Part shown: piece by piece, positions 47,782-57,774 of the stretch | Layout: every line of letters starts with the position of its first letter | Position numbering within the stretch: the first letter of the stretch is position 1 | Source of the DNA: Bacteroidia bacterium | GTDB taxonomy: Bacteria > Bacteroidota > Bacteroidia > Bacteroidales > VadinHA17 | Reading direction: 5' to 3' | DNA: 64,000 bases | NCBI GenBank assembly: GCA_026391215.1 | Contig: JAPLDX010000090.1 | Location: forward strand, 37,222 to 101,221 | The notes under the pieces: model-generated | What the model saw: only the letters and a program-made list of their open reading frames with translations | The model's database searches: none | What the model was told of the DNA's origin: nothing | Translations under genes and position numbers: made by a program

Positions 47782-47883
47782 AAAAAAGTAACTATTGTTA
47801 TTTTCAGTCTGCTCTTCTTACTGACTGGAGAAGGTCTTTCAATGACTACACAACAGGATATCAAAGGCGCTAAGGATCATCCT
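47782..47883 (+). pseudogene. 5' remnant of an OmpA/DUF4892-type exported protein gene
   Basis: KKVTIVIFSLLFLLTGEGLSMTTQQDIKGAKDHP: signal peptide plus D..G.KDHP N-terminal motif; no start codon, truncated. Confidence 0.45.
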
Positions 47884-47910
47884 GGCAGATCCAGCCGATG
47901 TATTAAGCTT

Positions 47911-50355
47911 TCAAAAGCCGGAAAGAAAAACTTTCAGGGAAACAATTCCTGAATTCAACCACGGGGCCGAAAAGGTAATACTGACTTCGCCCTCCTCTCC
48001 TGTCGTTTGCAGATATGCTAGCATTCTTCCGTTATAAACCCGATGTAAATTATCACGATAGCTGGTCATATCGGTGTTGTTTGCACTTTCCAGCCCTAAG
48101 AGCCGGGCAGGCCCTGAAATTGTACAGGTAACCATATCATCTGCCAGCAAAACAGGAACTCCGTCCTGATCGACTATCTGAATGGTAATCTGAACTAAAT
48201 CCTTGTCCCCCGATAATACGGTTTTATCAGGTGTGGCAATAATTGTATTTGGCCGGCCGGATGTCTGAACCGAGTACCGTGCAATTTCCTTCCCTTCCTT
48301 CAACCCGGTCACTTCTAATTTACCGGGCTTGTAGGGTATATCCCAGTAAATAATTCCAACATTATCATCATGATTTTTTGGTTGTCCCACAGGCATGCCG
48401 TTAAGGATCAGCTGAGATTGCGGGCAATTTGTATAACAAACCACACGAATGGTATCTCCGTCGGAATAATTCCAGATGGGAAGAGCTGAATCTGACAATA
48501 TAGGACGGCTTCTTTTGGTCAGCAGGTAGGTACCAATATAAGTCATTGGGCTTTCCAGCCACATCGACATCCGGTAATACCCTCTCGGTTTAATGAATCC
48601 TGCAAGATCTATCATACCAGAATTAAATCCACGTGAAGGCCATGCCAGGGCTTCTCCAAGATAATCAAATCCGGTCCAGATGAATTGACCAAAAATATAA
48701 TCATTATCACGGACAGCCTTCCACATAGAATAACCATGACCATTTTCACTTCCATATAATATTCTGTCCGGAAATTTTTTATGATCGATTGCATAACGGT
48801 TTTCAGTGTAGTTGTATCCTACCACATCAAGGTACTTTGGATAATCAGTTTCATTGGTCATAATAACACCTGCAAGAGCACCTGTGACAGGACGCGAAGT
48901 ATCAATAGCGCGTACAACCTCCGAAAGCCTTTTCCCTATAGGTCCAAGACGTTCAGCGCTCGGCTTTTTCGGATCATAGCCTCCATAGACCGGCTGATTG
49001 AATTCGCTTCCATTTAATATCGGATGCGAATAGGGATCGTTTGGATAATCGACTTCATTTCCCAGGCTCCACATCACTACTGCCGGATGATTCCTGTCGC
49101 GAAGGACCATCGATGCAAGGTCCCTGTCGCTCCATTCCTCAAAAAAATCAAATGTGCCCTGGAAGCCGGGGTCTCCCACATTCCATCCCGAAAGCCATTT
49201 ATTCTTGGGAAATTCAAATTCATCGAACGCCTCGTCTATGACCAGGAATCCGAATTCATCACACAGATCATATAAATCGGGTGCCTGTAAATTGTGACTC
49301 ATACGGATGGCGTTACAGCCCAGAGATTTCAATGTTCTTAAACGGCGTTCCCAAACCTGACGCGGAACTGCCGAACCAAGCACTCCTGCATCATGATGAA
49401 TACAAACTCCCTTCATCTTCATCCATTTTCCGTTCAGGGCAAATCCTTTATCGGGATCGAACTGCAGCGTACGGATCCCGGTTTTACAAACTGATTCATC
49501 AACTATTTTTCCATTGACTGACAAAACTGTTTTCAGCTGGTACAGATATGGATCCTCCACATTCCATAAGTGCGGATTCTTTATGGTCAGATCGGAAGTA
49601 AACTTAACTATGGAGGCAGCCGGTAATTTCTTTTTTTGAGATTTCTGAGCTACTATTTTCCCTGACAGATCTATCCATTGCATTACTACTTGAGTTTCAG
49701 CTTCAGCTCCTGTTTCATTTTTTACATCAGCATCTACCTGAATCACTGCTGACTTATCAGTTAACTGCCGGGTCTTATAGGTTACACCCCACATGTCAAA
49801 GTGCAGCGGACTGGATGTTACCAGCCAGACATTTCTGTAAATGCCGGAACCAGTATACCATCGTGAATCGGCGGATTGACTGTGATCCACACGGACAGCA
49901 AGAATATTTGTGCCTCTGTATTTCAGATAGGGTGTCAGGTCATACGAAAATGAAACATAACCGTTAGGCCGGTATCCCAGCAATTGTCCGTTTATGTATA
50001 CAGAACTGCGGTTATATACGCCCTCAAAATATACAAATACTTTCCTGCCATTATAGTCGGCAGGTATTTTCAGCTCTGTACGGTACCAGGCTATACCACC
50101 GGGTAAATATCCTGTACAGCTGGCCAGGGAAGGACTTAACCATCCTTCTATGCTCCAGTCATGGGGTAAATCCAGTCTCCTCCAGGACTTATCGTCAAAC
50201 TCAGATTTAAAGGCATCTGCTTCATCTTTCAACTGAAACATCCAGCCGTCATTTATCAGTTCAGCTTTCCCAAAAGAAATCTGAGCATTTAAGGAAAGCG
50301 ATACGAAGAGCAGTAGGCTTGAGAAAAACAATAACAGGCAGTGATTAAATTTCAT
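47911..50355 (-). CDS. GH2 beta-galactosidase-like glycosidase
   Basis: LPHDWSIE, SRWYTGSGIYRNV, KGVCIHHDAG, RDRNHPAVVMWSLGNE; TAATTTTG -7 motif at 50395-50402. Confidence 0.93.
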   Translation of the reverse strand: MKFNHCLLLFFSSLLLFVSLSLNAQISFGKAELINDGWMFQLKDEADAFKSEFDDKSWRRLDLPHDWSIEGWLSPSLASCTGYLPGGIAWYRTELKIPADYNGRKVFVYFEGVYNRSSVYINGQLLGYRPNGYVSFSYDLTPYLKYRGTNILAVRVDHSQSADSRWYTGSGIYRNVWLVTSSPLHFDMWGVTYKTRQLTDKSAVIQVDADVKNETGAEAETQVVMQWIDLSGKIVAQKSQKKKLPAASIVKFTSDLTIKNPHLWNVEDPYLYQLKTVLSVNGKIVDESVCKTGIRTLQFDPDKGFALNGKWMKMKGVCIHHDAGVLGSAVPRQVWERRLRTLKSLGCNAIRMSHNLQAPDLYDLCDEFGFLVIDEAFDEFEFPKNKWLSGWNVGDPGFQGTFDFFEEWSDRDLASMVLRDRNHPAVVMWSLGNEVDYPNDPYSHPILNGSEFNQPVYGGYDPKKPSAERLGPIGKRLSEVVRAIDTSRPVTGALAGVIMTNETDYPKYLDVVGYNYTENRYAIDHKKFPDRILYGSENGHGYSMWKAVRDNDYIFGQFIWTGFDYLGEALAWPSRGFNSGMIDLAGFIKPRGYYRMSMWLESPMTYIGTYLLTKRSRPILSDSALPIWNYSDGDTIRVVCYTNCPQSQLILNGMPVGQPKNHDDNVGIIYWDIPYKPGKLEVTGLKEGKEIARYSVQTSGRPNTIIATPDKTVLSGDKDLVQITIQIVDQDGVPVLLADDMVTCTISGPARLLGLESANNTDMTSYRDNLHRVYNGRMLAYLQTTGEEGEVSITFSAPWLNSGIVSLKVFLSGF

Positions 50356-50472
50356 ATAAATGGATCATTTATGTTTTAATAAAACTACAGGATACAAAAT
50401 TATGCAAGAGAAATGAAAATAGTTATTTTATTTTAATTATCAGGTAGCTAAAGTTGTGTGAACTAAAAAAAC

Positions 50473-50559
50473 TTCATTCTTTATTAAAACAAGTTCAGAC
50501 CTGATTTTTACTGTTTCACTTATTTTCTCCAACCTGTCACTTTGCTTTAAGTATATTTG
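50473..50559 (+). promoter_or_regulatory. LytTR-type direct-repeat array and -7 promoter
   Basis: TTCA at 50473, 50494, 50515 and GTCA at 50536 (exact 21-nt period), then TATATTTG at 50552-50559. Confidence 0.6.
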
Positions 50560-50632
50560 TAACAAAATTAATATTACTGGTAAAAATGCAAGTTGGTATG
50601 ATATTGGATTAGTACAGTTGACCTTGATTTAA

Positions 50633-51685
50633 ATGCAGACAAATCTAAAGAAACAATATTTTTATATAGTCCTGTTATTAGCACTGGCAATTGCTATTAC
50701 AATCAATTTCCCAATGGTTATGAATTACCTTTTTGGAGAAGAAGGTGGTCGTATTGATACTAGATTCATGCCAAGTTTTACTCATCTTGGAGCGGAGCTT
50801 CTGATAACCTATATTGTAGCTCTTCTGATGTTTACATTAAATTTTTTCATTTTAAATCCTGCTGAAAGACACGGACGATTAAAAATATTGAATATTATTC
50901 TGGCGATTGTTCTGACCGTGATTTCCGTATTTATTCTAAATGAGCTGTTATATTCAGTTAAAAATATGATAGATACAGGACCTAGGCCAAGAGGTCACAG
51001 GGACGAATTTGATTATACTAACTTTTATGTTTCTGGCCTCGTTGTTGGTTGTGTCCTGATAATCCGACTGATCTTTCAGAAACAGACCATTATACTGGAG
51101 AATGAAGCTTTAAAACGGGAGGCACTTCAAAGTCAGTTTGAATCACTTAAGAATCAATTAAGCCCGCATTTTCTATTCAATTCCCTTACTGCTCTCAAAA
51201 TTTTAATCAACGAAGCTCCTGATACTGCTCAGAATTATATTAACAGCCTTTCTAAAGCGCTTCGATATACTTTGCAGAGCAATGAAAAACAGCTTGTTAC
51301 CCTTAAAGAGGAGATGGATTTTATGGAATCTTATCTTTTCCTGATAAGGATGAGGTTTGATTCCAACCTTTCGGTAAACACAAGTATTGATGAGAACTAT
51401 CTTTCACACAGATTGCCTCCTCTTACAATCCAGACCCTGGTGGAGAATGCCATCAAACATAATGAGATCAGTAAACTTAGACCTCTCAGAATCGATATTT
51501 CGACCACTGAAAATGAAGGCCTTTTTGTAATAAATAATATCCAGAAGAAACTCTCTGAGGAGGAGGGTACCGGAATAGGTCTGACAAACCTGTCAAAACA
51601 GTATCAATTACTTTTTGGGAAAGATATCACTATCAGCATTGAAAATAATCAATTCAAAGTGGAAATACCTTTAATTAAGCAGTGA
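50633..51685 (+). CDS. LytS/YehU-type sensor histidine kinase
   Basis: 4 TM helices; LKNQLSPHFLFNSL, QTLVENAIKHN, GTGIGLTNL. Confidence 0.93.
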   Translation: MQTNLKKQYFYIVLLLALAIAITINFPMVMNYLFGEEGGRIDTRFMPSFTHLGAELLITYIVALLMFTLNFFILNPAERHGRLKILNIILAIVLTVISVFILNELLYSVKNMIDTGPRPRGHRDEFDYTNFYVSGLVVGCVLIIRLIFQKQTIILENEALKREALQSQFESLKNQLSPHFLFNSLTALKILINEAPDTAQNYINSLSKALRYTLQSNEKQLVTLKEEMDFMESYLFLIRMRFDSNLSVNTSIDENYLSHRLPPLTIQTLVENAIKHNEISKLRPLRIDISTTENEGLFVINNIQKKLSEEEGTGIGLTNLSKQYQLLFGKDITISIENNQFKVEIPLIKQ

Positions 51686-51688
51686 GGG

Positions 51689-52486
51689 ATGAAGGCACTA
51701 ATTATTGAAGATGAAATTCTTGCTTCAAAACATTTACTGAATATTCTGCAAGAAATCGAAGATATTTCAGTAATCACTGTTATTGAATCAATTGCTCAAA
51801 CAATTGATTGGTTTGCAAAAAATATGCAGCCGGATATCGTTTTCATGGATATTCATCTGTCTGATGGTTCGGCATTTGAAATTTTCAAACATATAAATAT
51901 CACTTGCCCGATTATTTTTACCACTGCTTATGATGAATATGCTTTGAAAGCTTTCAAAGTGAACAGCATTGATTATCTACTGAAGCCAATAGAAGTACCG
52001 GATGTACAGGCAGCATTGAAAAAACTGAAAGGACTTTCAAATACAGAAACTATGCAGTCTGCCATTAATAGCCTGATTTCATCCTTCAGAAAGGCATCAA
52101 AATATAAAACACATTTTCTGATTCCTTCAAAAGGAGACAAATTAATACCTGTTCAGACAAGTGACCTGGCTTGTTTTTATATTGATGCCGGCATTGTTAA
52201 GGCTTTTACATTTGAAGACAGGACTTTCCGGTTTGACTATACACTTGATGAACTTGAAGATTTATTGAATCCTGAAGATTTTTTTCGTGCCAACCGTCAG
52301 TATATCATTTCAAGAAAAGCAATAAAGGATATAGATATCTGGTTTACAAACCGTTTATCAGTGAATCTGAAAATAACTGTTCCTGAAAGAATACTGATCA
52401 GTAAAGCCAGAATCTCAGAATTTAAGATATGGCACGGGGGTCAAACAGGTTTTTCTGTCAAATTCTATAACAATTTTATACAATGA
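51689..52486 (+). CDS. LytTR response regulator
   Basis: IIEDE, FMDIHL, FTTAYDEYAL, YLLKP, FFRANRQYII. Confidence 0.94.
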   Translation: MKALIIEDEILASKHLLNILQEIEDISVITVIESIAQTIDWFAKNMQPDIVFMDIHLSDGSAFEIFKHINITCPIIFTTAYDEYALKAFKVNSIDYLLKPIEVPDVQAALKKLKGLSNTETMQSAINSLISSFRKASKYKTHFLIPSKGDKLIPVQTSDLACFYIDAGIVKAFTFEDRTFRFDYTLDELEDLLNPEDFFRANRQYIISRKAIKDIDIWFTNRLSVNLKITVPERILISKARISEFKIWHGGQTGFSVKFYNNFIQ

Positions 52487-53805
52487 AAAAGAACATTCTT
52501 ACAACACTATCATGCCTTTTTCTGATAGCATCTATTTCACAGACTGTAATTGCACAGGAAAAGGTACCAACATCCGATACATTAAGAAAAGGAGCAGTCA
52601 AAATATTTCTTGATTGTCAAAGCTGTGATATGAATTATATACGGCAGCAGATCACATTTGTAAACTTTGTCAGAGATGTAAAAGAAGCTCAGGTTTTTAT
52701 CCTCATAACACAACAGAATGCCGGTAGCGGAGGATCGCAATATACTTTTACCTTCCAGGGGCTGGATACATTTAAAGGTATGAATGATACACTGGTTTAC
52801 ACCAGCAGTCCTGACGAGACAAGTACAATCGTTAGAGAGAAGGTAACAAATATGCTGAAAATGGGATTAATGAAATATGTAGCCAGGACACCGGTTTTCA
52901 GCGAGATTGAAATCAGACACAATTCGGAAATGGAACAGGAACAAGTCGTTGACAAATGGAATAACTGGGTGTTTACACTTTCAACAGAACCCCAATTCCA
53001 GTCAGAAGAATCAAATAAACAACTTAATTTAATGAATGGAATAAATATCACAAAAGTCACGCCGGATATAAAACTTGAAATTGAACTTGATCAGTTCTAT
53101 AACCAAAGGAGGGTCATTGAGGACGAAGTATTTGATACCACCTATAAAACGAATGAATTTCGAGGTGATAACCTGTTTGTTAAGAGCCTTGGTGATCATT
53201 GGTCAGCCGGTGCTAAATGGAATATCATATCTTCGACAAGAGAAAATTATGATTTCAGGACTGACTTTCTTCCATCAATTGAATACGATCTTTTCCCATA
53301 TTCTGAGGCAACCCACAGGCAATTAAGATTTTTATATAGCGTTGGACTACAGTACAATAACTATATAGATTCCACTATTTATAATCAGGTTAAGGAAACT
53401 CTTTTCAAACAGGAACTTAATATTGCTTTCCAGATACAGGAAAAGTGGGGTTCTGTAAATCTGGCTTTATTGGGTTCAGCCTATTTTAATGATTTATCAA
53501 AAAATCGTCTTGAATTAATTAGTTCTCTTAATCTTAGGATCTTCAAAGGCTTAACATTACAGATTAACGGAAGCGTAGCTTATCTTAATGACCAGATAAA
53601 TCTGAAAAAGGGTGGAATATCTGATGCCGACAGATTATTGCAGCTCAGGGAACTTTCAACGCAGTACAGAATTCAGGGAGGGATAGGGTTAACCTACACA
53701 TTTGGTTCAATTTACAATAATGTTGTTAATCCAAGATTTGGATTCGGAGGTGGAGGCGGAGGCGGAGGTGAAAGTGATGAATATAACAACCAGAACTACG
53801 ATTAA
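52483..53805 (+). CDS. Outer-membrane beta-barrel protein with N-terminal CxxC domain
   Basis: Signal peptide; FLDCQSCD; DKWNNWVF; YTFGSIYNNVVNPRF followed by a Gly-rich tail. Confidence 0.7.
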   Translation: MKKNILTTLSCLFLIASISQTVIAQEKVPTSDTLRKGAVKIFLDCQSCDMNYIRQQITFVNFVRDVKEAQVFILITQQNAGSGGSQYTFTFQGLDTFKGMNDTLVYTSSPDETSTIVREKVTNMLKMGLMKYVARTPVFSEIEIRHNSEMEQEQVVDKWNNWVFTLSTEPQFQSEESNKQLNLMNGINITKVTPDIKLEIELDQFYNQRRVIEDEVFDTTYKTNEFRGDNLFVKSLGDHWSAGAKWNIISSTRENYDFRTDFLPSIEYDLFPYSEATHRQLRFLYSVGLQYNNYIDSTIYNQVKETLFKQELNIAFQIQEKWGSVNLALLGSAYFNDLSKNRLELISSLNLRIFKGLTLQINGSVAYLNDQINLKKGGISDADRLLQLRELSTQYRIQGGIGLTYTFGSIYNNVVNPRFGFGGGGGGGGESDEYNNQNYD

Positions 53806-53987
53806 AAATGCACGATCCCATTAAATGGGAATGATTTCTGCCTGGTTTTCAACGATTACAGGGGCTATCTAACGGATTAATATTTTGTAAATCACGTTAA
53901 TGTTCGGTTAATGCCTGCAATAAGCGGAATAATATTTATGTGCATGAGGTCTATTTGATAAGTATATTATTCTTGTAATTATTTAAA

Positions 53988-54443
53988 ATGAACGTTTACA
54001 AATTTTTTCTCAGCCTTTCTCTCACAATTGTTATGCTTTTGTTGATGGATCCAAGATCATTTTACGGCCTCTCATTTCATGAATGGGCAGGATTGATAAT
54101 AGGACTCTTCTTTATCCTGCACAAAATTCTGAACTGGGGCTGGATAAAGAAAGTCACAATGAGTTTTTTCAGGAAATGCTCCGGGAAAGCCAGGTTAAAT
54201 TATGTTCTGGATGTTTTGTTGTTGGCAGGTATCACCCTTATGATACTGAGCGGAATATCAATTTCCAGGACTATTGATTTTTCATGGCTCAATCTGGGCG
54301 GATCACCGATGTTCTGGAGAGTTATGCACACCAGTTCTTCCTATATAACACTTGCATTATTCGGCATCCATCTGGGATTACACTGGAACTGGATATTACA
54401 GAGGTTACATATTAAAAAGGTAAAAAATGGTAAAGAAAATTAG
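53988..54443 (+). CDS. DUF4405-type cytochrome b-like membrane protein
   Basis: HEWAG...LHKILNW.W and WRVMH...IHLGLHWNWI paired His motifs. Confidence 0.75.
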   Translation: MNVYKFFLSLSLTIVMLLLMDPRSFYGLSFHEWAGLIIGLFFILHKILNWGWIKKVTMSFFRKCSGKARLNYVLDVLLLAGITLMILSGISISRTIDFSWLNLGGSPMFWRVMHTSSSYITLALFGIHLGLHWNWILQRLHIKKVKNGKEN

Positions 54444-54852
54444 CTTCTTGATATTTTCAGTTGCAATCCTGGTCATCGGCGTAATATCATTCAATAAACT
54501 AAGCTACGGGGATAGAAGCACCAGAATATTCAGCTTCAGCTCAGATGCCCCTTTCGAGGGAAGAATGGGCAGAGGTCCGGAAGGCAGGGAAGAGTTTGTC
54601 CGGCCAGAAATGCGTGAACTCCCTGACAGCTTAAGGCAGCAGTTTGGACCACAGGATGGGGAGAGGATGGGAAGAGGCCATGATGAAGGAGGATTGAGAA
54701 ATGTTGAAGACCGGGGAAGAGCGGAATTCCCGGGAGGCAAAAAAATAAATATCCGGAATGTGAAATGGTTTCTTGCTGTATTTGCATTATTTACTGTGCT
54801 GGCAATATATATTGATAAAGCATATTGTTTGATCCGGAAACGAAAACTATAA
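54427..54852 (+). CDS. Two-TM membrane protein with Gly/Arg/Glu-rich loop
   Basis: Hydrophobic ends flanking GRMGRGPEGREE..GERMGRGHDEGG. Confidence 0.6.
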   Translation: MVKKISFLIFSVAILVIGVISFNKLSYGDRSTRIFSFSSDAPFEGRMGRGPEGREEFVRPEMRELPDSLRQQFGPQDGERMGRGHDEGGLRNVEDRGRAEFPGGKKINIRNVKWFLAVFALFTVLAIYIDKAYCLIRKRKL

Positions 54853-54855
54853 TCA

Positions 54856-56313
54856 ATGTTTAAAGAAATAATGATTTCATTGGCGCTTACAGCTGTGTTT
54901 TTCCTTGCATGGGAGACCGCAGGAGGCCAGACCAAAGATCCTTTGCTGTTCCCCAGGGATAACTTTACAGTGGAAACCAAAACAGTGAAGACCTCTGCGG
55001 GTGAAAAGAAAGTCACCTACCGCTCATATATGCACATTCCGTATGTTGCGAATCCCGTTGACAAAGATTTTGAGAGCATGAATGTCAGCGTTCCTTTTGA
55101 GGTAGATGGTGTAGTCATCGATGCCATAAACGCTCCTATTCTCTTTGTTATTGGCGTTGGAGGATATATGTCGGTGAACAATATGCGCGGCGGTTTTGGT
55201 GGCCCCCCTGCCAGTGGTAACAGAGTAAGCAGCAACACGGATCTGGCCCTGGCAGCCGGATATGTTGTAGTGTCACCTGGATGCCGCGGACGAGACAACA
55301 AAGCAACTGACGGAACATATTATGGTAAGGCACCTGCCGCCATTGTTGACCTGAAGGCAGCTGTCCGCTACATACGACACAACAAGGGTGTTATCCCCGG
55401 CAATGTCAATTGGATCTTCTCGACGGGTGTCAGCGCTGGAGGAGCGTTGTCCGCACTTCTTGGTTCTTCAGGCAACAGCCAGTTATATGACTCATATCTT
55501 AAGGAGATTGGTGCTGCCGATGCTAAAGACAACATCTTTGGCAGTGCATGCTTCTGTCCGATCACCGATCTGGAGCACGCCGATGGGGCTTATGAGTGGA
55601 TGTACGGTACCATTCCTGGGAGATCCGGACTGGTGGATCAGGAGCTTTCAAAACAACTGAAAGCCTTTTATGCTGAGTATCAGGCTTCTCTGAACCTTCA
55701 GGGGAAAAATAACTTCGGAACCATCACAGCTGATAATTACGATAAGTACCTCCTGCAGTATTACCTGATCCCATCAGCAAATAAATACTTGAGAGGTTTG
55801 TCAGATGAAAAGCGCAACGAATACCTGGTAAATAACAAATGGATCACATGGACTGCTGTCGGTGCTGCGTTTACCTTTGCAGATTATGTTGCACATGTCG
55901 GCAGAATGAAAAATCTTCCGGCTTTTGACGATTTTGACATGAGGCAACCAGAGCCAATTTTGTTTGGCAACAAGACTACAAATGCCAGCCATTTTACAAA
56001 CTTTAGCCTGCAGCAAAGCACTGGTGATAAGAATGCAGAAATTGACAACGACCTGAAAACGGCGGTGAACATGATGAATGCAATGTACTTTATAGGTCAG
56101 AACATCAGCGACTGTGTCCAATACTGGTGGCTACGGCAGGGCACTTCTGATAACCACACATCACAAACAGTAATTGCCAACCTGGCGACAAGCCTGGAGA
56201 ACAGGAACAAGGTTGTGAATACGTTTCTGTACTGGGATGCAGGGCATGGTGCAGATGAGGATGCGGAAGATTTCATCACCTGGATCGGCAATGTCACCGG
56301 TTTCTTTAAATAA
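54856..56313 (+). CDS. Subtype B tannase-like alpha/beta hydrolase (secreted esterase)
   Basis: YVANPVD, GKAPAAIVDLKAAVRYIR, GVSAGG nucleophile elbow, CPITDLEHAD.AYEW, WDAGH. Confidence 0.85.
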   Translation: MFKEIMISLALTAVFFLAWETAGGQTKDPLLFPRDNFTVETKTVKTSAGEKKVTYRSYMHIPYVANPVDKDFESMNVSVPFEVDGVVIDAINAPILFVIGVGGYMSVNNMRGGFGGPPASGNRVSSNTDLALAAGYVVVSPGCRGRDNKATDGTYYGKAPAAIVDLKAAVRYIRHNKGVIPGNVNWIFSTGVSAGGALSALLGSSGNSQLYDSYLKEIGAADAKDNIFGSACFCPITDLEHADGAYEWMYGTIPGRSGLVDQELSKQLKAFYAEYQASLNLQGKNNFGTITADNYDKYLLQYYLIPSANKYLRGLSDEKRNEYLVNNKWITWTAVGAAFTFADYVAHVGRMKNLPAFDDFDMRQPEPILFGNKTTNASHFTNFSLQQSTGDKNAEIDNDLKTAVNMMNAMYFIGQNISDCVQYWWLRQGTSDNHTSQTVIANLATSLENRNKVVNTFLYWDAGHGADEDAEDFITWIGNVTGFFK

Positions 56314-56341
56314 TTGCCTTTTTCATCAATTTATTATGGAA

Positions 56342-57643
56342 TCACTGAGCAACTTTGACACACATTAACCGGCTTTGATCCCGGATCAGGAGCTTGCCAT
56401 TGGAAAGTGCCAAAGGAGCCCAGTTTTGAGCTGCGAATCTTTGGTCTGCCATTGTCTCTGCCTTAAGAATGTCAGCTGCAGCGACTGGTTTAAAGGCTGC
56501 AGGATCAGGTTCGATGAGATATAATTTTGTCATACCGTCAGTTGCTAGCAATAATCCATTCGAGATAATCATGCCTCCTTTGTCAAATCCTGGAGCCCTC
56601 ATGGTCTTCCATTTTACCTGGCCGTCAATGCTCATACAGACAAGTCCGTCTTTTCTTTCGTTGGTTGAATACTGAGCATAAAAATGGCCATTGTAGAGAA
56701 CAGGAGGTTGTGTATGAGCTCCAAAGTCAGCATTCTTATAAAGTTCTGCAACATTATAGGTTCCGTCAGCCTTCTTAGTAATTTTTATCATAGCTGCGCC
56801 GGCCTCATAACCACCGGTGATAAGTGCCCTGCCGTCGCCGGCATCAACTGCAGACGGAACCGGGATTCCGCATTGCCAGTTTGTATATTCCCAGAGGATC
56901 TTCCCCGTAAGCGGATCTAATCCAACCACTTTACCTCCGCTGGCGCTTGATCCCCAGCCTGCTGAAGCAGTTATCATTACAACGTGGCTCTCGGTTCCTG
57001 CTTTTACGATTGAAGGGCTGACATAACCGACAGGACCGAGTGAAGGAGTTTTCCATTTAACATTACCATTTAGCTTATCATAAGCAACAACACCTGCCTC
57101 AGGTGTCTGTGAAGCCACTATTACCAGATCGCCGTAAACCAGGGGACACTGAGTGATTGCCCATCGTGGAATTCGGTCTCCTCCGAAATCCTTCCAGATG
57201 TTCTTGTTCCATAGAGGCTTGTGTGTATTAATATCAATGCAGTAAAAGTCTCCGTAAGGTCCGCATGAGTAAATCCGGTTGCCATCAACAGCTGGGACAC
57301 TTCGCGAGCCGGGGAACTGAACGGCCCCAGGAGCATTATAGCTGAAACTCCAGAGCTCTTTTCCGGTCGAAAGATCAATACAAAGCATCATGTCGCCGAC
57401 CTCGTCATTCCTGTCAAGAATATAGACCTTACCATCAATGACTACAGGACCGCCAAAGCCTATGCCCAGATCAGCTGACCATAAAACCTCCGGCCCATTT
57501 TTCGGCCAGGTTCGTAAAAGATCTTTCTGGTCCGAAATACTGTTCCTGTTGGGTCCGAGATACTGAGGCCAGTTCTGGGCACAGACATTCGTCAGGCTGA
57601 CTAATGAGACAACCGCTGTAACAAACATTTTACTTTGTTTCAT
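56342..57643 (-). CDS. PQQ-like (BamB-type) beta-propeller repeat protein
   Basis: NWPQYLGPNRN, TGKELWS, GNVKWK, WAPLALSNGKLLIRD; start moved to MKQSKMF at 57643. Confidence 0.85.
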   Translation of the reverse strand: MKQSKMFVTAVVSLVSLTNVCAQNWPQYLGPNRNSISDQKDLLRTWPKNGPEVLWSADLGIGFGGPVVIDGKVYILDRNDEVGDMMLCIDLSTGKELWSFSYNAPGAVQFPGSRSVPAVDGNRIYSCGPYGDFYCIDINTHKPLWNKNIWKDFGGDRIPRWAITQCPLVYGDLVIVASQTPEAGVVAYDKLNGNVKWKTPSLGPVGYVSPSIVKAGTESHVVMITASAGWGSSASGGKVVGLDPLTGKILWEYTNWQCGIPVPSAVDAGDGRALITGGYEAGAAMIKITKKADGTYNVAELYKNADFGAHTQPPVLYNGHFYAQYSTNERKDGLVCMSIDGQVKWKTMRAPGFDKGGMIISNGLLLATDGMTKLYLIEPDPAAFKPVAAADILKAETMADQRFAAQNWAPLALSNGKLLIRDQSRLMCVKVAQ

Positions 57644-57774
57644 TTTTATTACTCTTTTCTTTTTATCTAGTAAGATATTATTCAATTGACAACTAAAACA
57701 TTGATCATATTCCAAGTTTGCGTTTAATCATATCTGCGAATTTTAAATATTTCTGAATTTAAATCTCAAAATGA

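Noticed and set aside
53746-53769. GGAGGY repeat encoding a poly-Gly tail
   Set aside because: Short in-frame low-complexity tail with mixed codons; no sign of phase variation
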